64,000 nucleotides of DNA from Acidobacteriota bacterium (GCA_965209055.1 OZ242374.1:2880001-2944000), one strand, 5' to 3'; shown: positions 36,806 through 47,783, numbered from the stretch's first letter. Notes: generated from the sequence alone by a model not told the origin. Numbers and translations: made by a program.

Positions 36806-37852
36806 ATGTCCGAAGACATCCGCGTCGGCATCATCACCAAGCACAGGGGACCCCACCTGAGCCACTACATGAGGTCGTTCGCCACCTGCCGGGGAGTGAA
36901 GCAGGTGGCCATCGCCGACTCCACCGGACGCCATTTCAAAGACGCCGGGGAGATCCTCAAGGAGCGCTATCCGGAGCTCAAGACCTACCGGAACTACCGG
37001 AGAATGCTCTCCGCCGAGAAGCCGCAACTGGTGTTGGTGACCACGGAGGCGCACATGGCGCCCAAGCGGATCCAGGCCGCCCTGGAGTCCGGCGCCCACG
37101 TGGTGTGCGAGAAGCCATCCTGTGTCCGAATCGAGGACTTCCGGAAGCTGGCGGATCTGGCGACGTCCAGGAACCTGTGCCTGATGCTGGCCATGGCCAA
37201 TCGGTTCACTCCTCCGGTCCAGAAGGCTCGGGAACTGGTTCAGTCCGGAAAGCTGGGAAAGCTCTTCAGCGCCGATGTCTACATGGTGGCGGACCAGACC
37301 CGTTTGACCCGGCCCAGGACGCAAAATTCCTGGGTCTCCAAGAAGGCCCTTTCCGGCGGGGGACACCTGATCTGGCTGGGAATCCACTGGCTCGACCTGG
37401 TCCAGTACATCACCGAAGATCGAGTGCGCAAGGTGGCGGGCTTCACCAGCAACGTTGGGGGCCAGCCGGTGGATATCGAGGATGCCGCCGTGCTCAGCCT
37501 CCTGTACAGAAGCGGCATGGTGGGCACCATGCACTCGGGTTACTACCTGGACCGCGGATACCACAGTCACATCGCCATCTGGGGCGAGAAGGGCTGGCTC
37601 CGGTTCGACCTGACGGCGCAGCAGCCGCTGGAATGGTACTCGACCCTCGAGGGGATGCCTCAGGGGATCCAGACCTTCTCGTACAGCCGGGGGACGAACT
37701 TTTATCTGGGGATCATCCAGGCCGCGGTGGATTGTGCCCAGGGTTCGGGAGACTCGGGAAAGAGCGCCGAAGAGAGCTTGAGCGTGCTCAAGACCATCTT
37801 CGGCCTCTACCGGGCGGCGGAGACGGGACGGACGCAAACACTCGGGTCGTAG
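36806..37852 (+). CDS. Gfo/Idh/MocA oxidoreductase (paralog of 34575, no Tat signal)
   Basis: HVVCEKP, ADQTRL, GGGHLIWLGIH. Confidence 0.88.
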   Translation: MSEDIRVGIITKHRGPHLSHYMRSFATCRGVKQVAIADSTGRHFKDAGEILKERYPELKTYRNYRRMLSAEKPQLVLVTTEAHMAPKRIQAALESGAHVVCEKPSCVRIEDFRKLADLATSRNLCLMLAMANRFTPPVQKARELVQSGKLGKLFSADVYMVADQTRLTRPRTQNSWVSKKALSGGGHLIWLGIHWLDLVQYITEDRVRKVAGFTSNVGGQPVDIEDAAVLSLLYRSGMVGTMHSGYYLDRGYHSHIAIWGEKGWLRFDLTAQQPLEWYSTLEGMPQGIQTFSYSRGTNFYLGIIQAAVDCAQGSGDSGKSAEESLSVLKTIFGLYRAAETGRTQTLGS

Positions 37853-37958
37853 CCGGCGCATTCCCCGATTCGCAGGGCCGGAATGGCGCGGTGACTTCGT
37901 CCCCGGGTTCAAGGTTCCCGAGACTCTCGCCGGTTCATTTCTGAAAGGAGAACGAACC

Positions 37959-38495
37959 ATGAGCCGTATCAATCGGGCAGTGATCAAGGCTGCTCTGGCC
38001 GGCGGGTGCGTGCTGTTCGTCTGGGGCATCGTCTACTGGGTGGTTCTCCCCTTTCACCAGGGAGTATTCGAAGAATTTCGGGATGAGGACGCCGTCGCTT
38101 CGGTCCTGACGCAGAATGCGTCCCAGTCCGGCATCTACATCTATCCGGGCGGGCAGGACGAAGAAGCCGTGGCGAAAAAGGCGCGGGGTCCGTCTGCCTT
38201 CGTCGTCTTTCATCCCGGGGGAATGACATCCATGGTCCGGCCCCTGTTCACCCAATTGGGCATCCAGGTCCTGGGAGCGTTCCTGATCTCCCTGCTGCTG
38301 GCCAGGGCCCGAATTGGCGGCTACTGGGGACGGGTGGGATTCGTGGTTCTCCTGCTCTTGACTGCCGGAGTCCTGTGCCATCTCCCGAACTGGAACTGGT
38401 GGCATTTCTCCACCGGGTATATCGTCCTGGTCTTTGCGGACCTCCTCGCCGGTGGACTTCTGGCGGCTCTGGTTATGGCCCGGATCATCAGGTAG
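37959..38495 (+). CDS. Hypothetical integral membrane protein
   Basis: About four hydrophobic segments; AAGGAG RBS. Confidence 0.75.
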   Translation: MSRINRAVIKAALAGGCVLFVWGIVYWVVLPFHQGVFEEFRDEDAVASVLTQNASQSGIYIYPGGQDEEAVAKKARGPSAFVVFHPGGMTSMVRPLFTQLGIQVLGAFLISLLLARARIGGYWGRVGFVVLLLLTAGVLCHLPNWNWWHFSTGYIVLVFADLLAGGLLAALVMARIIR

Positions 38496-38502
38496 GGATT
38501 CC

Positions 38503-39552
38503 ATGGCGCTTGCCATCGCCTTGCTGGTTCTCACCGGTCTGGTCCCTTCAACGTTACAGGCGGCATCCAAGAAGACCGCTCGCGAGGGTCCGTACGAGCT
38601 CCGGGGCCGGATCGTGCTGCCGGACGGAGGATCTTTCCGTGGAAGCGCCCCCGTTGTGATCCTGGAGGCGGTGCGGTTCCCACTACGGCGAAGGGTCCTC
38701 GCCGGCTGGAATGGTCGGTTCCGGATTAAGAAGCTCCCCCAGTCCTCCTACAAGATGGCGATCCTGGTTCCGGGGATGGGCGAGATGAAGCGTACCGTGG
38801 ACGTCGGGCCCACCTTTGCCGACAAAAAAGGACGAATCGAGGCCACTTTCGTGTTCGAACCTACCGCATTGGCCGAGCCCATGGCCACGGTCACGGCGAC
38901 GCGTTTGTCGGTGGACTCGAAGGCCGTGAAGGCGTACCGGAAGGCGTTGAAGAAACTGGAGAAAGGAGAGTCGGCCGAAGCGGTCAAGGAATTGGAGAAG
39001 GCGGTCGCGATCGATTCCAGATACGCGGAGGCCTGGAACCGCCTGGGGACCATCGCTTACGTCTCCCGGGATTTCCCCCGGGCCGAGCATTGTTTCCGCC
39101 AAGCCCTCGAACACTCTCCAGAGTCCTATCCGCCCGTGGTCAATCTGGGCGCGGTCCTGCTGGAGTTGAACCAGACGAACAAGGCGCTGGCCATGAACCT
39201 TCGGGCCGTCCGGATGAAGGAAAAGGATCCACTGGCCCACGCTCAGTTGGGAACGACCTACTATCAACTGGGGCGTCACGAAAAGGCGGTCGAACACCTC
39301 AATCGGGCGAAGCAACTCGCCCCCCGGCACCATTCCGGCCCCCAGTTGATCCTGGCCGACATCTATTGGTATCGGAAGGACTATGCGGCGACCGCTGGAG
39401 AGCTGGCCGAGTTTCTCCACTACCATCCGGATTGGCCGGATGCGGCCCGGTTGAACGGTCTGCTGCAGCGGGCCAGGGCTCTTGCCGCCAGACCGGTGCA
39501 ACCTCATGCCGGCGAAAAACGGGAGGCCGAAGGAGGCGAATCGAGACGATGA
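38503..39552 (+). CDS. Exported TPR protein with an N-terminal carboxypeptidase-regulatory-like beta domain
   Basis: Signal peptide; GRF....LP...Y; several TPRs (AWNRLG, AHAQLG). Confidence 0.8.
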   Translation: MALAIALLVLTGLVPSTLQAASKKTAREGPYELRGRIVLPDGGSFRGSAPVVILEAVRFPLRRRVLAGWNGRFRIKKLPQSSYKMAILVPGMGEMKRTVDVGPTFADKKGRIEATFVFEPTALAEPMATVTATRLSVDSKAVKAYRKALKKLEKGESAEAVKELEKAVAIDSRYAEAWNRLGTIAYVSRDFPRAEHCFRQALEHSPESYPPVVNLGAVLLELNQTNKALAMNLRAVRMKEKDPLAHAQLGTTYYQLGRHEKAVEHLNRAKQLAPRHHSGPQLILADIYWYRKDYAATAGELAEFLHYHPDWPDAARLNGLLQRARALAARPVQPHAGEKREAEGGESRR

Positions 39553-40742
39553 CCGGCATCACCATGCTGGGGACCGGCCTCATCGGCGGGTTCTATACGG
39601 AGGCGCTGCAACGCAGGGGCCGGGAACAGGTTCTGACGGTCTATTCCCGGCGGCTGGAGCGGGCCCGGGAATTCGCGCGCCGGTGGGGCATTCCCCGTTG
39701 GACGGCGGACCTGGAGGACGCCGTGGGAGATTCCCAAACCCAGGTCGTGGTGGTTGGGCTTCCCAATGACCTGCATCTGAAAGCGGTGGAGCTGGCCGCC
39801 CGCGCGGGCAAGGCGGTCCTGTGCACCAAGCCACTGGCCCGGACTGGTGCCGAAGCCCGGCGCATACTGGAGACGGTGGAGGCGGCGGGCGTGTTTGCCG
39901 GATATCTGGAAGACCTGGTCTACACCCCCAAGACGTTGAAGGCCGTCGAAACGGTGCGGTCGGGCGCCCTGGGCCGGATTCTCTGGGTCCGTTCCCGGGA
40001 GGCCCACTCGGGGCCCCACAGCGCCTGGTTCTGGGACCATTCCCGGACCGGCGGGGGCGCCATCGTCGACCTGGGCTGCCACTGCATCGAGATCATCCGC
40101 AGTTTCGTGGGCAAGGAGGTCTACCCCAGCGAAGTCTTGTGTTGGGCCGATACCCTGGTCCATCCGGTGGAGAGCGAGGACAACTCGGTGACGCTCATCC
40201 GTTTCGACGGCGGGGCACTGGGGCAGTTCGAGGTGAGCTGGACCTTTCGCGGGGGCATGGACCTGAGAGACGAAGTCTCGGGAACCGAGGGCACCATCTG
40301 GCTCAACCACTTCCTCAGGACCGGGTTCGAGGTCTACTCCTCGAAGGGAGGGGCCGGCTACGTGGCGGAGAAGGCGGAGGCCGAGGCCGGGTGGACATTT
40401 CCCGTGGGCGATGAGGTGGAGCAATTGGGATTCGGCCGCATGTTCGATGACATGTTCCGGTCCATGGAGGCTGGACGCTCCCCGCGGGAGACCTTCTATG
40501 ACGGCTACGTGGTCAATGCAGTCATCGACGCCTGCTATCGCTCCGCCGAGTCCAAACGGTGGGAGCCCGTTGATCCGGATCCCTGGCGTGGAATTCGCGA
40601 GGCGCCGGCCGGCGGCGCGGTGGCCGAGACGTTGGGAGGGAGTCTCGTTGTAAAGCGGGAGCGAATGCCGGATGGACGCCTGAAGTTCATCTTGAAGGAT
40701 CCCGAGTCGGGCCGGATCACGGAACGCTGGGAAGAGGTTTGA
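39549..40742 (+). CDS. Gfo/Idh/MocA oxidoreductase
   Basis: [22 protein letters not shown]; ATGA overlap with the upstream gene. Confidence 0.9.
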   Translation: MTGITMLGTGLIGGFYTEALQRRGREQVLTVYSRRLERAREFARRWGIPRWTADLEDAVGDSQTQVVVVGLPNDLHLKAVELAARAGKAVLCTKPLARTGAEARRILETVEAAGVFAGYLEDLVYTPKTLKAVETVRSGALGRILWVRSREAHSGPHSAWFWDHSRTGGGAIVDLGCHCIEIIRSFVGKEVYPSEVLCWADTLVHPVESEDNSVTLIRFDGGALGQFEVSWTFRGGMDLRDEVSGTEGTIWLNHFLRTGFEVYSSKGGAGYVAEKAEAEAGWTFPVGDEVEQLGFGRMFDDMFRSMEAGRSPRETFYDGYVVNAVIDACYRSAESKRWEPVDPDPWRGIREAPAGGAVAETLGGSLVVKRERMPDGRLKFILKDPESGRITERWEEV

Positions 40743-40769
40743 CCCGGAGTCTCTCGCCTCTTGAGAAAA

Positions 40770-41004
40770 AGGAGCGATTTCCAATTGCCCAGGAGGGGCG
40801 ACTTTCCTGTCGCCCATTGGGAGCCCAGGAGGGGCGACTTTCCTGTCGCCCATTGGGAGGGGACCTTTAGTCCCCCCCTCTTCCCGGCTGCCAAGCGATA
40901 CGTTGGGTGGAAAGCGTAAAGGGGGACTCCGTCTTCCTAACCCCCCTTCCCGGCGACAGGAAAGTCGCCGGTCCCAATCGGCGGTAGGAAAACCGCCGCT
41001 CCCC
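40770..41004. repeat. REP-like cluster with an exact 36-bp tandem duplication
   Basis: (GCCCAGGAGGGGCGACTTTCCTGTCGCCCATTGGGA)x2 at 40787-40858; inverted unit GGCGACAGGAAAGTCGCC at 40952-40969; GGCGGTAGGAAAACCGCCGCTCC near 40980. Confidence 0.85.
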
Positions 41005-41817
41005 TCAGTGCTCCATGACCATTCCACCGTCGATGTTGATGGACTGGCCATGGATCCAGGAGGCCGCCCCGGTGCAGAGATAGGCGATGAACGCCCCCAC
41101 TTCCTCCCGGGTCCCGGTGCGTCCGATGGGGTGCGACTCTCCCATCTTTTCCCACTCTTCTCCCCGGCCGAACCGGTCCATGCGTGACGTGTCCACGGCG
41201 GCGGGGCAGATGCAGTTGACGTTGACCCGGTGGGGGCCCAGTTCCTGCGCCAGGGACTGGGTCATGCCGACCTGGGCGAAATTGGCGGCGCAGTAGGCCA
41301 GGGCTTCGGCGGCTCCCCGCTTGCCGGCCGAAGAGGCCACATTCACGATCTTCCCCCCGTCCCCCTGCCGGATCAAAGAGGGGATCACCGCCCGGGCGCA
41401 AAGGTAGGTGCCCCGGACCTTGACGTCCAGCACCCTCTGGAAGACGTCCGGGTCCAATTCGCCGGTGGGGACGCGGTCGCGGCCGATGGGCATGGCCGCG
41501 TTGTTGATCAGGATGTCCACCCGGCCGAACTCCTCCAGGGCGCGTGCGACCATCCTGTCCACATCTGCCACCCGGGTCACGTCCGCCACGAGGGGGAGGG
41601 CTTTTCTGCCCAGTCCGCGTACCCGCTCCGCGGTGCTCTCCACATCCCGCCACCCCAGTCTCCGCTCATCGGGTGGAAAGGTTTCCGGGTCGCGGCCGGT
41701 GCCGGTGACCGCGATGTCGGCCCCCAAACGGGCCAGGGCCATGGCGGTTTCGAAACCGATGCTCCTGAGACGGCCGGCTCCGGTGATGATGGCCACTTTG
41801 CCCTTCAATTCGCCCAT
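41005..41817 (-). CDS. SDR-family oxidoreductase
   Basis: TGAG...IG, INNA, YCAAN in place of YxxxK, NCICP. Confidence 0.9.
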   Translation of the reverse strand: MGELKGKVAIITGAGRLRSIGFETAMALARLGADIAVTGTGRDPETFPPDERRLGWRDVESTAERVRGLGRKALPLVADVTRVADVDRMVARALEEFGRVDILINNAAMPIGRDRVPTGELDPDVFQRVLDVKVRGTYLCARAVIPSLIRQGDGGKIVNVASSAGKRGAAEALAYCAANFAQVGMTQSLAQELGPHRVNVNCICPAAVDTSRMDRFGRGEEWEKMGESHPIGRTGTREEVGAFIAYLCTGAASWIHGQSINIDGGMVMEH

Positions 41818-41944
41818 CTCCATGCCTCCCTGCCGCACAGTCTACTATGGCGCCCGGTCCGCCAGGCCTCCAGCTTGCCGCAGTCCTGGAAAGGACGTAC
41901 TATTCTGGTCTATACGGGACATCAATCTACAAAGGAGGGACGCC

Positions 41945-42442
41945 GTGAAGATTCGGTACTTGCCGGCAATCGCATTGTTTCTGGGGGCGTCCGCGACGCT
42001 TCTTTCCCATCCCCACCTCAACAAGATGGTGAAGGCCACGCTTCCGAACAAGGTCGAGGCCAGCGTCACCTACTACACCGTGCCGGCCAACATGGAGCAT
42101 GTGAAGAAGGTCCAGGTCGGGGACTTCGTCCCCACCCGCGCCGTCCTTTCCCTCTCCGGCGGCACAGCTTCCGGGTCCACCATGATTCAGGCGGGCGACT
42201 ACACCATCGGCGCCATCAGGAACGCCGGCGATTGGACCCTGGCGCTCTATCCGGGCAAGCCGGCCCGCGGCATGGCTCCGGACAAGTCCAAGGTGATCTC
42301 GCTGGATTCCAGCTTCTCCGATTCGGAGGGAACCGCTCACCACGTCTCCTTCGATCTGGCGCCGGGCCACGGCAAGCTGGAAGGCAAAACCACGTTGATC
42401 TGGCACTTTGGCAATCTCTACCTTGCCGGAGCCTTGCAATAG
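41945..42442 (+). CDS. Secreted DUF2911-like protein
   Basis: GTG after AAGGAGG; signal peptide; I.AGDYT and L.WHFG segments. Confidence 0.55.
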   Translation: MKIRYLPAIALFLGASATLLSHPHLNKMVKATLPNKVEASVTYYTVPANMEHVKKVQVGDFVPTRAVLSLSGGTASGSTMIQAGDYTIGAIRNAGDWTLALYPGKPARGMAPDKSKVISLDSSFSDSEGTAHHVSFDLAPGHGKLEGKTTLIWHFGNLYLAGALQ

Positions 42443-42525
42443 GCGGTCTTCGTCATCATCCCGCGTGACGGGGAGAGCGAGGCGGGGTCCGGGTCGACGT
42501 GAGAAGGGCCGCGGGTTCTCCGGGC

Positions 42526-43395
42526 ATGATTCCCGGCATCGTGAGCAACTGCTGGCAATGGCAGTTGGAACAGGGATCCGGGCTGGAGGACCTGCTGGGC
42601 CAGGCGTTGGATCGAGGGTACCTCGCCGTTGAATTGAGGCAGACCTGTCTCGGTTCTTTCGAGGAACCGGACGGCTTTGTGCCCAAGGTGCCGGCCCTCG
42701 GACGCTTGGCGGACCGTTTCCCCGAAATCCAGTTCGATCTGGCCCTCGCGTTTCCGTTCCTGGGTCCCGGCGGAGTCGTTGAAGACCCGTTGTTCCAAAC
42801 GGGAGTGGAGGGCGCGCGGGCGCTCTCGGGCCGCTTTCGTCCCCACCTGCGGCTGGTCGACCTGGAGACGACCGGCGAAATGCTGCGGGACCGGGAACCG
42901 CAGGCCGCCCATGAGGTGGCCCGGCTCGCCGAACCGCTGGCGGACGCCGGAGGCTGGCTTTCGCTGGAGCATGCCCGGCAGCCCTGGACCCGCTTCACCC
43001 GGGTGATGGGCGAGGCCCGCCGCCTGCTGGGAAGCCGTTCGGACCATCTCCGCCTCTGCTACGATCCGGTCAATCTGTTGTTCGCTTCCGACCGGCCCGA
43101 TCCGGCCGGGGTCGTCCGTAGCCTGGACGCCGCCAATTTGTCGATGGTCCACCTGAAGCAGTTCCATGCAGGGGAGCTCCAGATCTCGATCGAGGCTGGA
43201 GAGATCGACTGGGAGGCTCAGATTTCGGTGTTGGCACGGCATGGATACACGGGGCCGGCCCATTTCGAGGTCCGGCCGGACGAACGAATCTGGGAGAACC
43301 TCGACCGGAGCCGGGTCTACCTGGAATCACTCGGCGGGCGTTTCAGGGACACCCGGTCCGGAGGAGAAGTGGAATGGGAAGATCGACGAATGTGA
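42526..43395 (+). CDS. Sugar-phosphate isomerase/epimerase (xylose-isomerase-like TIM barrel)
   Basis: VEL, LEH, YDPVN, VHLKQ, GEIDW, GYTG...E. Confidence 0.8.
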   Translation: MIPGIVSNCWQWQLEQGSGLEDLLGQALDRGYLAVELRQTCLGSFEEPDGFVPKVPALGRLADRFPEIQFDLALAFPFLGPGGVVEDPLFQTGVEGARALSGRFRPHLRLVDLETTGEMLRDREPQAAHEVARLAEPLADAGGWLSLEHARQPWTRFTRVMGEARRLLGSRSDHLRLCYDPVNLLFASDRPDPAGVVRSLDAANLSMVHLKQFHAGELQISIEAGEIDWEAQISVLARHGYTGPAHFEVRPDERIWENLDRSRVYLESLGGRFRDTRSGGEVEWEDRRM

Positions 43396-44372
43396 GTTCA
43401 GGAATCCTTCTGTTGTGCCTTGGCCTTTTTTCCGCCGGAGTGCATCTGGCCTGCGGGGGCGAGCAGGCGGCGGACCGCCATCGAATGACGGCCGCGGACA
43501 TCGAGCGCTGGATGACGGAACTCTCGAACTGGGGCCGGTGGGGCGAGGGGGACGAGATGGGTGCGGTGAACCTGATCACCCCCGCCAAACGGCGGGCAGC
43601 GGCCCAATTGGTCCAAGAAGGGGTCTCCGTGTCGCTGGCCCGGAACGCGGAGATGACCGAGGCCGTCGACAACCCCTATCCCTTCGTGCAGGAGATGAAG
43701 ATGACGCCTCCTTTTGCCAGCGACGTCTTCTCCGTCCGCTATCACGGATATGCTCACACCCACATCGATGCTCTCTGTCACCTGATGCATGGGGGAGAGC
43801 TCTACAACGGCTTTCCGGAGTCGGAAGTGACGGTCGCGGGGGCCAACAAGCTGGGGATCCTGGAGCTGAAGAACGGCATCTTCACCCGTGGAATTCTGAT
43901 GGACATTCCGAGGCTCAAGAAAGTGCCCTATCTGGAACCGAAAACGGCCATCTATCCCGAGGATCTGGAGTCCTGGGAACGGCAGGCCGGGGTTGAAGTG
44001 GCCAGTGGCGACGCGGTCTTCATCCGGACCGGCCGCTGGGCCCGGCGCGACGAGAAGGGGCCCTGGGACGTGGGGAGCAGCTCCGCGGGGCTTCACGCGT
44101 CCTGTGTCAAGTGGTTGCGGCAGCGGGACGTCGCCCTGGTGGGCAGCGACGCCGCGTCGGACGTCCTCCCGTCGCGGATCGAGGGCGCCGGCCAGCCGGT
44201 CCATCAGTTGCTGCTCGTTTCCATGGGAGTCCCCATCTTCGACAATTGCGACCTTGAGGCGCTGGGGAACGAGGCCGAGAGACAGGGGCGCTGGGAGTTC
44301 CTGCTGACGGCGGCTCCGCTTCCGGTTCCGGGAGGGACCGGCTCTCCGTTGAATCCCATCGCGACATTCTAG
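43374..44372 (+). CDS. Cyclase-family (kynurenine formamidase-like) metallohydrolase
   Basis: SNWGRWG, HTHIDALCH, IRTG, GSD, GTGSPLNP. Confidence 0.9.
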   Translation: MGRSTNVSSGILLLCLGLFSAGVHLACGGEQAADRHRMTAADIERWMTELSNWGRWGEGDEMGAVNLITPAKRRAAAQLVQEGVSVSLARNAEMTEAVDNPYPFVQEMKMTPPFASDVFSVRYHGYAHTHIDALCHLMHGGELYNGFPESEVTVAGANKLGILELKNGIFTRGILMDIPRLKKVPYLEPKTAIYPEDLESWERQAGVEVASGDAVFIRTGRWARRDEKGPWDVGSSSAGLHASCVKWLRQRDVALVGSDAASDVLPSRIEGAGQPVHQLLLVSMGVPIFDNCDLEALGNEAERQGRWEFLLTAAPLPVPGGTGSPLNPIATF

Positions 44373-44381
44373 GAGTCTGCC

Positions 44382-45428
44382 ATGCAGAGAGTGAGAGTGG
44401 GCTTGATTGGAGCCGGCTGGGTGGCGGTGAATCGGCACCTGCCCGCGCTTCAGAAGATCCCGGAGGTGGACCTGAAGCTGATCTGGTCCCGCGATCCCGA
44501 AAAGGCTCGGGACGTGGCCGGCCGGTTCGGCGTCCGCGCGACCGTCTCCCGGTGGCGGGATGTGATCCACTCGCCCGAGGTGGATGCGGTCATCATCGCC
44601 ACGCCGCCGGTGCTGCACCTGCCGGCCACCGTCGAGGCCCTGAACGCCGGGAAGCATGTCCTCTGCCAGGCCCGAATGGCCCGGAATCTGGATGAGGCGC
44701 AGAAAATGTTGGAGGCGGCGCGGTCCTCACGCCTGGTGACGGCCCTGTATCCGCCGCTGCCCGGTCTCAAGGGCGACCGGGCCATGATCCGTCTCCTCCA
44801 CGAAGAGGAATACGTGGGGATCATCCGCGAGGTCCGGATTACCGGGATGAGCGTGGACACCGATCCCAACAGTTACCGGAGCTACCGTTGGGACCCGCAG
44901 GTCTCGGGAATCAACACCATGACTCTGGGCATGTGGAACGAGGTGGCCAATCGGTGGTTGGGGCCCACGGTCCAGGTGGCGGCGCTGGCTCAGTCGCACC
45001 GCCATGGGGGTTCCGCCGATATGGGAGTGCCCGACTCCGTGGCGGTGGCTGCCCGGCTCGAGTGCGGCGCCACCGCCACTTACCACTTCTCCAATTGGGC
45101 CGCGGGATCGCCCGGAAGCCGGATCGAGATCTACGGCGACCGGGGCGCTCTCGTCTACCAGCTTTTTGCGGAGGAGATTCGGGGGCTCACGGGAACCGGC
45201 GCGGAGTTCAAGACGATTCCCGTCCCCAGTGAGGAACAGCGGGTGCAGGACACCGACTCCCAGTTCATCCGCGCCATCCTGCAAAGGACGCCGGTGGCGC
45301 CGTCTTTCCAGGAAGGACTGCTCTACATGCAGTTCCTGGAAGCCGTTGCCCTTTCGTTGAAGACGGGCCGGTCGGTCTCGCTGCCGCCCGAACCGCGAAT
45401 GGAAACCTGGGACCGGTTCCTGACCTGA
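44382..45428 (+). CDS. Gfo/Idh/MocA oxidoreductase
   Basis: GAGWVA, ATPP..H, GKHVLCQARMA. Confidence 0.88.
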   Translation: MQRVRVGLIGAGWVAVNRHLPALQKIPEVDLKLIWSRDPEKARDVAGRFGVRATVSRWRDVIHSPEVDAVIIATPPVLHLPATVEALNAGKHVLCQARMARNLDEAQKMLEAARSSRLVTALYPPLPGLKGDRAMIRLLHEEEYVGIIREVRITGMSVDTDPNSYRSYRWDPQVSGINTMTLGMWNEVANRWLGPTVQVAALAQSHRHGGSADMGVPDSVAVAARLECGATATYHFSNWAAGSPGSRIEIYGDRGALVYQLFAEEIRGLTGTGAEFKTIPVPSEEQRVQDTDSQFIRAILQRTPVAPSFQEGLLYMQFLEAVALSLKTGRSVSLPPEPRMETWDRFLT

Positions 45429-45470
45429 TCCGGTCTGACCCGAATCCTGCCGGGAATTGGCGGCGTGCTT

Positions 45471-46265
45471 TCAGGCCACGGTCCAGCCCGCGTCCACCAT
45501 CAGGTTGTTCCCGGTGATGTGGCGAGCCGATTCGGAACAGAGAAAAAGAATGGCCTGGGCCAGCTCTTCCGGTTCCACCAGCTCCTTTTGGGGGATGGGC
45601 CCGAACATGACCTTCTCCAGAACCTGCTGCCGAGAGAGTCCGTGCAGTTCCGCCTGCTTCTCGATCTGGTTCTCCACCAGGCGCGTCCTCGTATAACCGG
45701 GTGAGACGGCGTTGACCGTGATGCCCCGGGTGGCCACTTCCAGGGCCACGGTGCGGGTGAGTCCCAGCAGGCCGTGCTTGGCGCTCACGTAGGCCGTTTT
45801 GTAGGGCGAGGCCACCACGGCGTGAATGGAGGTGAGGTTGACGATCCGTCCCCACCCTTGGGACGCCATCCCGGGTACGAAGCGCCGGATGTAGAGAAAG
45901 GGTCCCCGCAGGAGGATGCCGTTGAGCCGGTCCCACTCCGGAATGGGGAACTCCTCCACCGGACTGAGGTATTGCACGCCGGCGTTGTTGACCAGAATCT
46001 GAACCGTCCCCAGCGCACTTGTGCAGTCTTCGTGGACCCGTTCCACATCGTCTTCCGCGGCCACGTCCGCGATCAATGCCAGCGCCCTGCCGCCCTGCTG
46101 CCGGATGGAAGCCGCCACGGCTTCCACGGCGTCTCGCTCCAGGTCCACGCAGCAGACGGCGGCGCCTGCCGAAGCCAGGGTGAACGCCACCTCGCGTCCG
46201 ATGCCGTTGCCCGCGCCGGTCACCAGAGCAACTCGTCCCTCCAAATTCACCGTCGAGTCATTCAT
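45471..46265 (-). CDS. 3-hydroxybutyrate dehydrogenase-like SDR
   Basis: TGAGNGIG, NNAGVQY, SIH..ASPYK.AYVSAKHG. Confidence 0.85.
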   Translation of the reverse strand: MNDSTVNLEGRVALVTGAGNGIGREVAFTLASAGAAVCCVDLERDAVEAVAASIRQQGGRALALIADVAAEDDVERVHEDCTSALGTVQILVNNAGVQYLSPVEEFPIPEWDRLNGILLRGPFLYIRRFVPGMASQGWGRIVNLTSIHAVVASPYKTAYVSAKHGLLGLTRTVALEVATRGITVNAVSPGYTRTRLVENQIEKQAELHGLSRQQVLEKVMFGPIPQKELVEPEELAQAILFLCSESARHITGNNLMVDAGWTVA

Positions 46266-46597
46266 GGTCCGATTTCCTCTTGCTCCAGTTCCTCCAGAGC
46301 CCGGACCAGTTCTTCCCGCGCATGCTGGTTGCCCTGGGTTTCGGCGATCCGGATGCCCCGCGCGAGGGTCTCCCGAGCCTGCTCGATTCCTCCCGACAGG
46401 ACGAGAGCCGCTCCGAACTGATAGTAGGCCGGGACGTACCGAGGGTGGAGCTCCAACAACCGGCCGAAAGCCTGGACGGCTTCCTCGATCCTGCCCAGCC
46501 GCTTGTACTCCATGGCCAGCCCATAGAGCGGGAATGGATCGCCGGAGCCCTGCGCCGCCAATTGCCGGAGCCTTTCCAACCGGGATGGAGCAGACAT
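46262..46597 (-). CDS. Small TPR protein
   Basis: DPF..YGLAMEY, YVPAYYQ.G. Confidence 0.8.
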   Translation of the reverse strand: MSAPSRLERLRQLAAQGSGDPFPLYGLAMEYKRLGRIEEAVQAFGRLLELHPRYVPAYYQFGAALVLSGGIEQARETLARGIRIAETQGNQHAREELVRALEELEQEEIGP

Positions 46598-46603
46598 GAG
46601 TTC

Positions 46604-47458
46604 CTACCTCTGCGCCCATTTGAGCTTTTCTCTCAAGACGTCGAAAAAGCTCTTGTTGTGGGGTTTGATCAATTCGATTCGACGACGGGAGCAGGTGCAG
46701 ACGATCTGGTCACCTTCGGCGAGTTCCACTCCCTGCTGGCCATCGACGGTCAGCATGACGTCTTCGCCCGAAGTCAGAATGATGCGGATCTCGCTCTCCG
46801 GAGGAAAGACCAGGGGGCGGTTGGTCAGGGTGTGGGGACAGATGGGAGTCACCACGGTGCAGGCCAGGGAAGGCAGCACGATGGGGCCTCCGGCGGCGAG
46901 GGAATACGCGGTGGATCCGGTCGGAGTGGCGATGATGAGGCCGTCGGCCAGAAACGTGGCCATGAAGTCTTCGCCGATGTAGGCATCGAGCTGGATGATT
47001 CGGGCCAGGGCGCCCTTGGTGATGACCACGTCGTTCAGCGCGTGAAAGCTGGCGCCGGACCCGTCGCCCCGCTTCACGGTGGCGTCGAGAAGCCGTCTCT
47101 CGTCGATCCGGTGTTGGCCCTTCAGCAGCCTTTCCAGAGCTTCATACAGCTCGTCGAGAGTGACCTCGGTGAGGAATCCCAGGGAACCCAGGTTCACTGC
47201 CAGGATGGGCGCGGTGTTGTCGCCGATGGCGCGGGCCACCGAGAGGATGGTGCCGTCGCCTCCAAAGACGATGATGGCGTCGACCCTCGATGGCATCTCT
47301 TCCCGGCTGACACCCGGGTATCCCGCGAGTTCGAAGTTCTCCAGGACACTCTCTTCCACCAGCGTCTCGCACCCTCGCCGCCGCAGCCAGAGCAGGATCT
47401 GCTCCAGGTTGCGGGCGAACTCGGTGCGGTGCGGTTTGGAAACGACCCCTACTCTCAA
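46604..47458 (-). CDS. nadK: NAD kinase
   Basis: GGDGT, NLGSLGFL, LND, DGLIIATPTGSTAYSLAAGGP. Confidence 0.97.
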   Translation of the reverse strand: MRVGVVSKPHRTEFARNLEQILLWLRRRGCETLVEESVLENFELAGYPGVSREEMPSRVDAIIVFGGDGTILSVARAIGDNTAPILAVNLGSLGFLTEVTLDELYEALERLLKGQHRIDERRLLDATVKRGDGSGASFHALNDVVITKGALARIIQLDAYIGEDFMATFLADGLIIATPTGSTAYSLAAGGPIVLPSLACTVVTPICPHTLTNRPLVFPPESEIRIILTSGEDVMLTVDGQQGVELAEGDQIVCTCSRRRIELIKPHNKSFFDVLREKLKWAQR

Positions 47459-47497
47459 AGTCGTTGTTCTCCCCAGGAAACGGATTCGCCCGGGCTG

Positions 47498-47773
47498 TCA
47501 GTCCCGGCCTCCCCGAAGGAACTTGTCCCGGCATTCCTCGGAGCAGAAGTAGAGGTCCATGTTCTTCCTGCGGGTTCGGACCGCCAAGTCGGTAGCGACG
47601 TAGATTCCGCATTGCGGATCCTTCACCATCCGGCCCCGGACCGTGGCGCGGACTCTGCTGGAACCCCCCCGGGCACGTTTTCTCGAGGCCTTTCGGCCGG
47701 CTCCGAAAAGGCGCGCGATGAGTGCCCGCACCACCAGGAGGAGAAGCAGAAGGATCAGAATCCGGAACAACAA
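47498..47773 (-). CDS. Membrane-anchored YHS/TRASH-domain protein
   Basis: N-terminal transmembrane segment; KDPQCG...YFCSEEC. Confidence 0.8.
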   Translation of the reverse strand: MLFRILILLLLLLVVRALIARLFGAGRKASRKRARGGSSRVRATVRGRMVKDPQCGIYVATDLAVRTRRKNMDLYFCSEECRDKFLRGGRD

Positions 47774-47783
47774 CCGTCCATCC

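Noticed and set aside
40787-40858. 36-bp direct repeat as a possible CRISPR array
   Set aside because: Two adjacent copies with no spacer, no cas genes nearby, and the unit belongs to the REP-like family.
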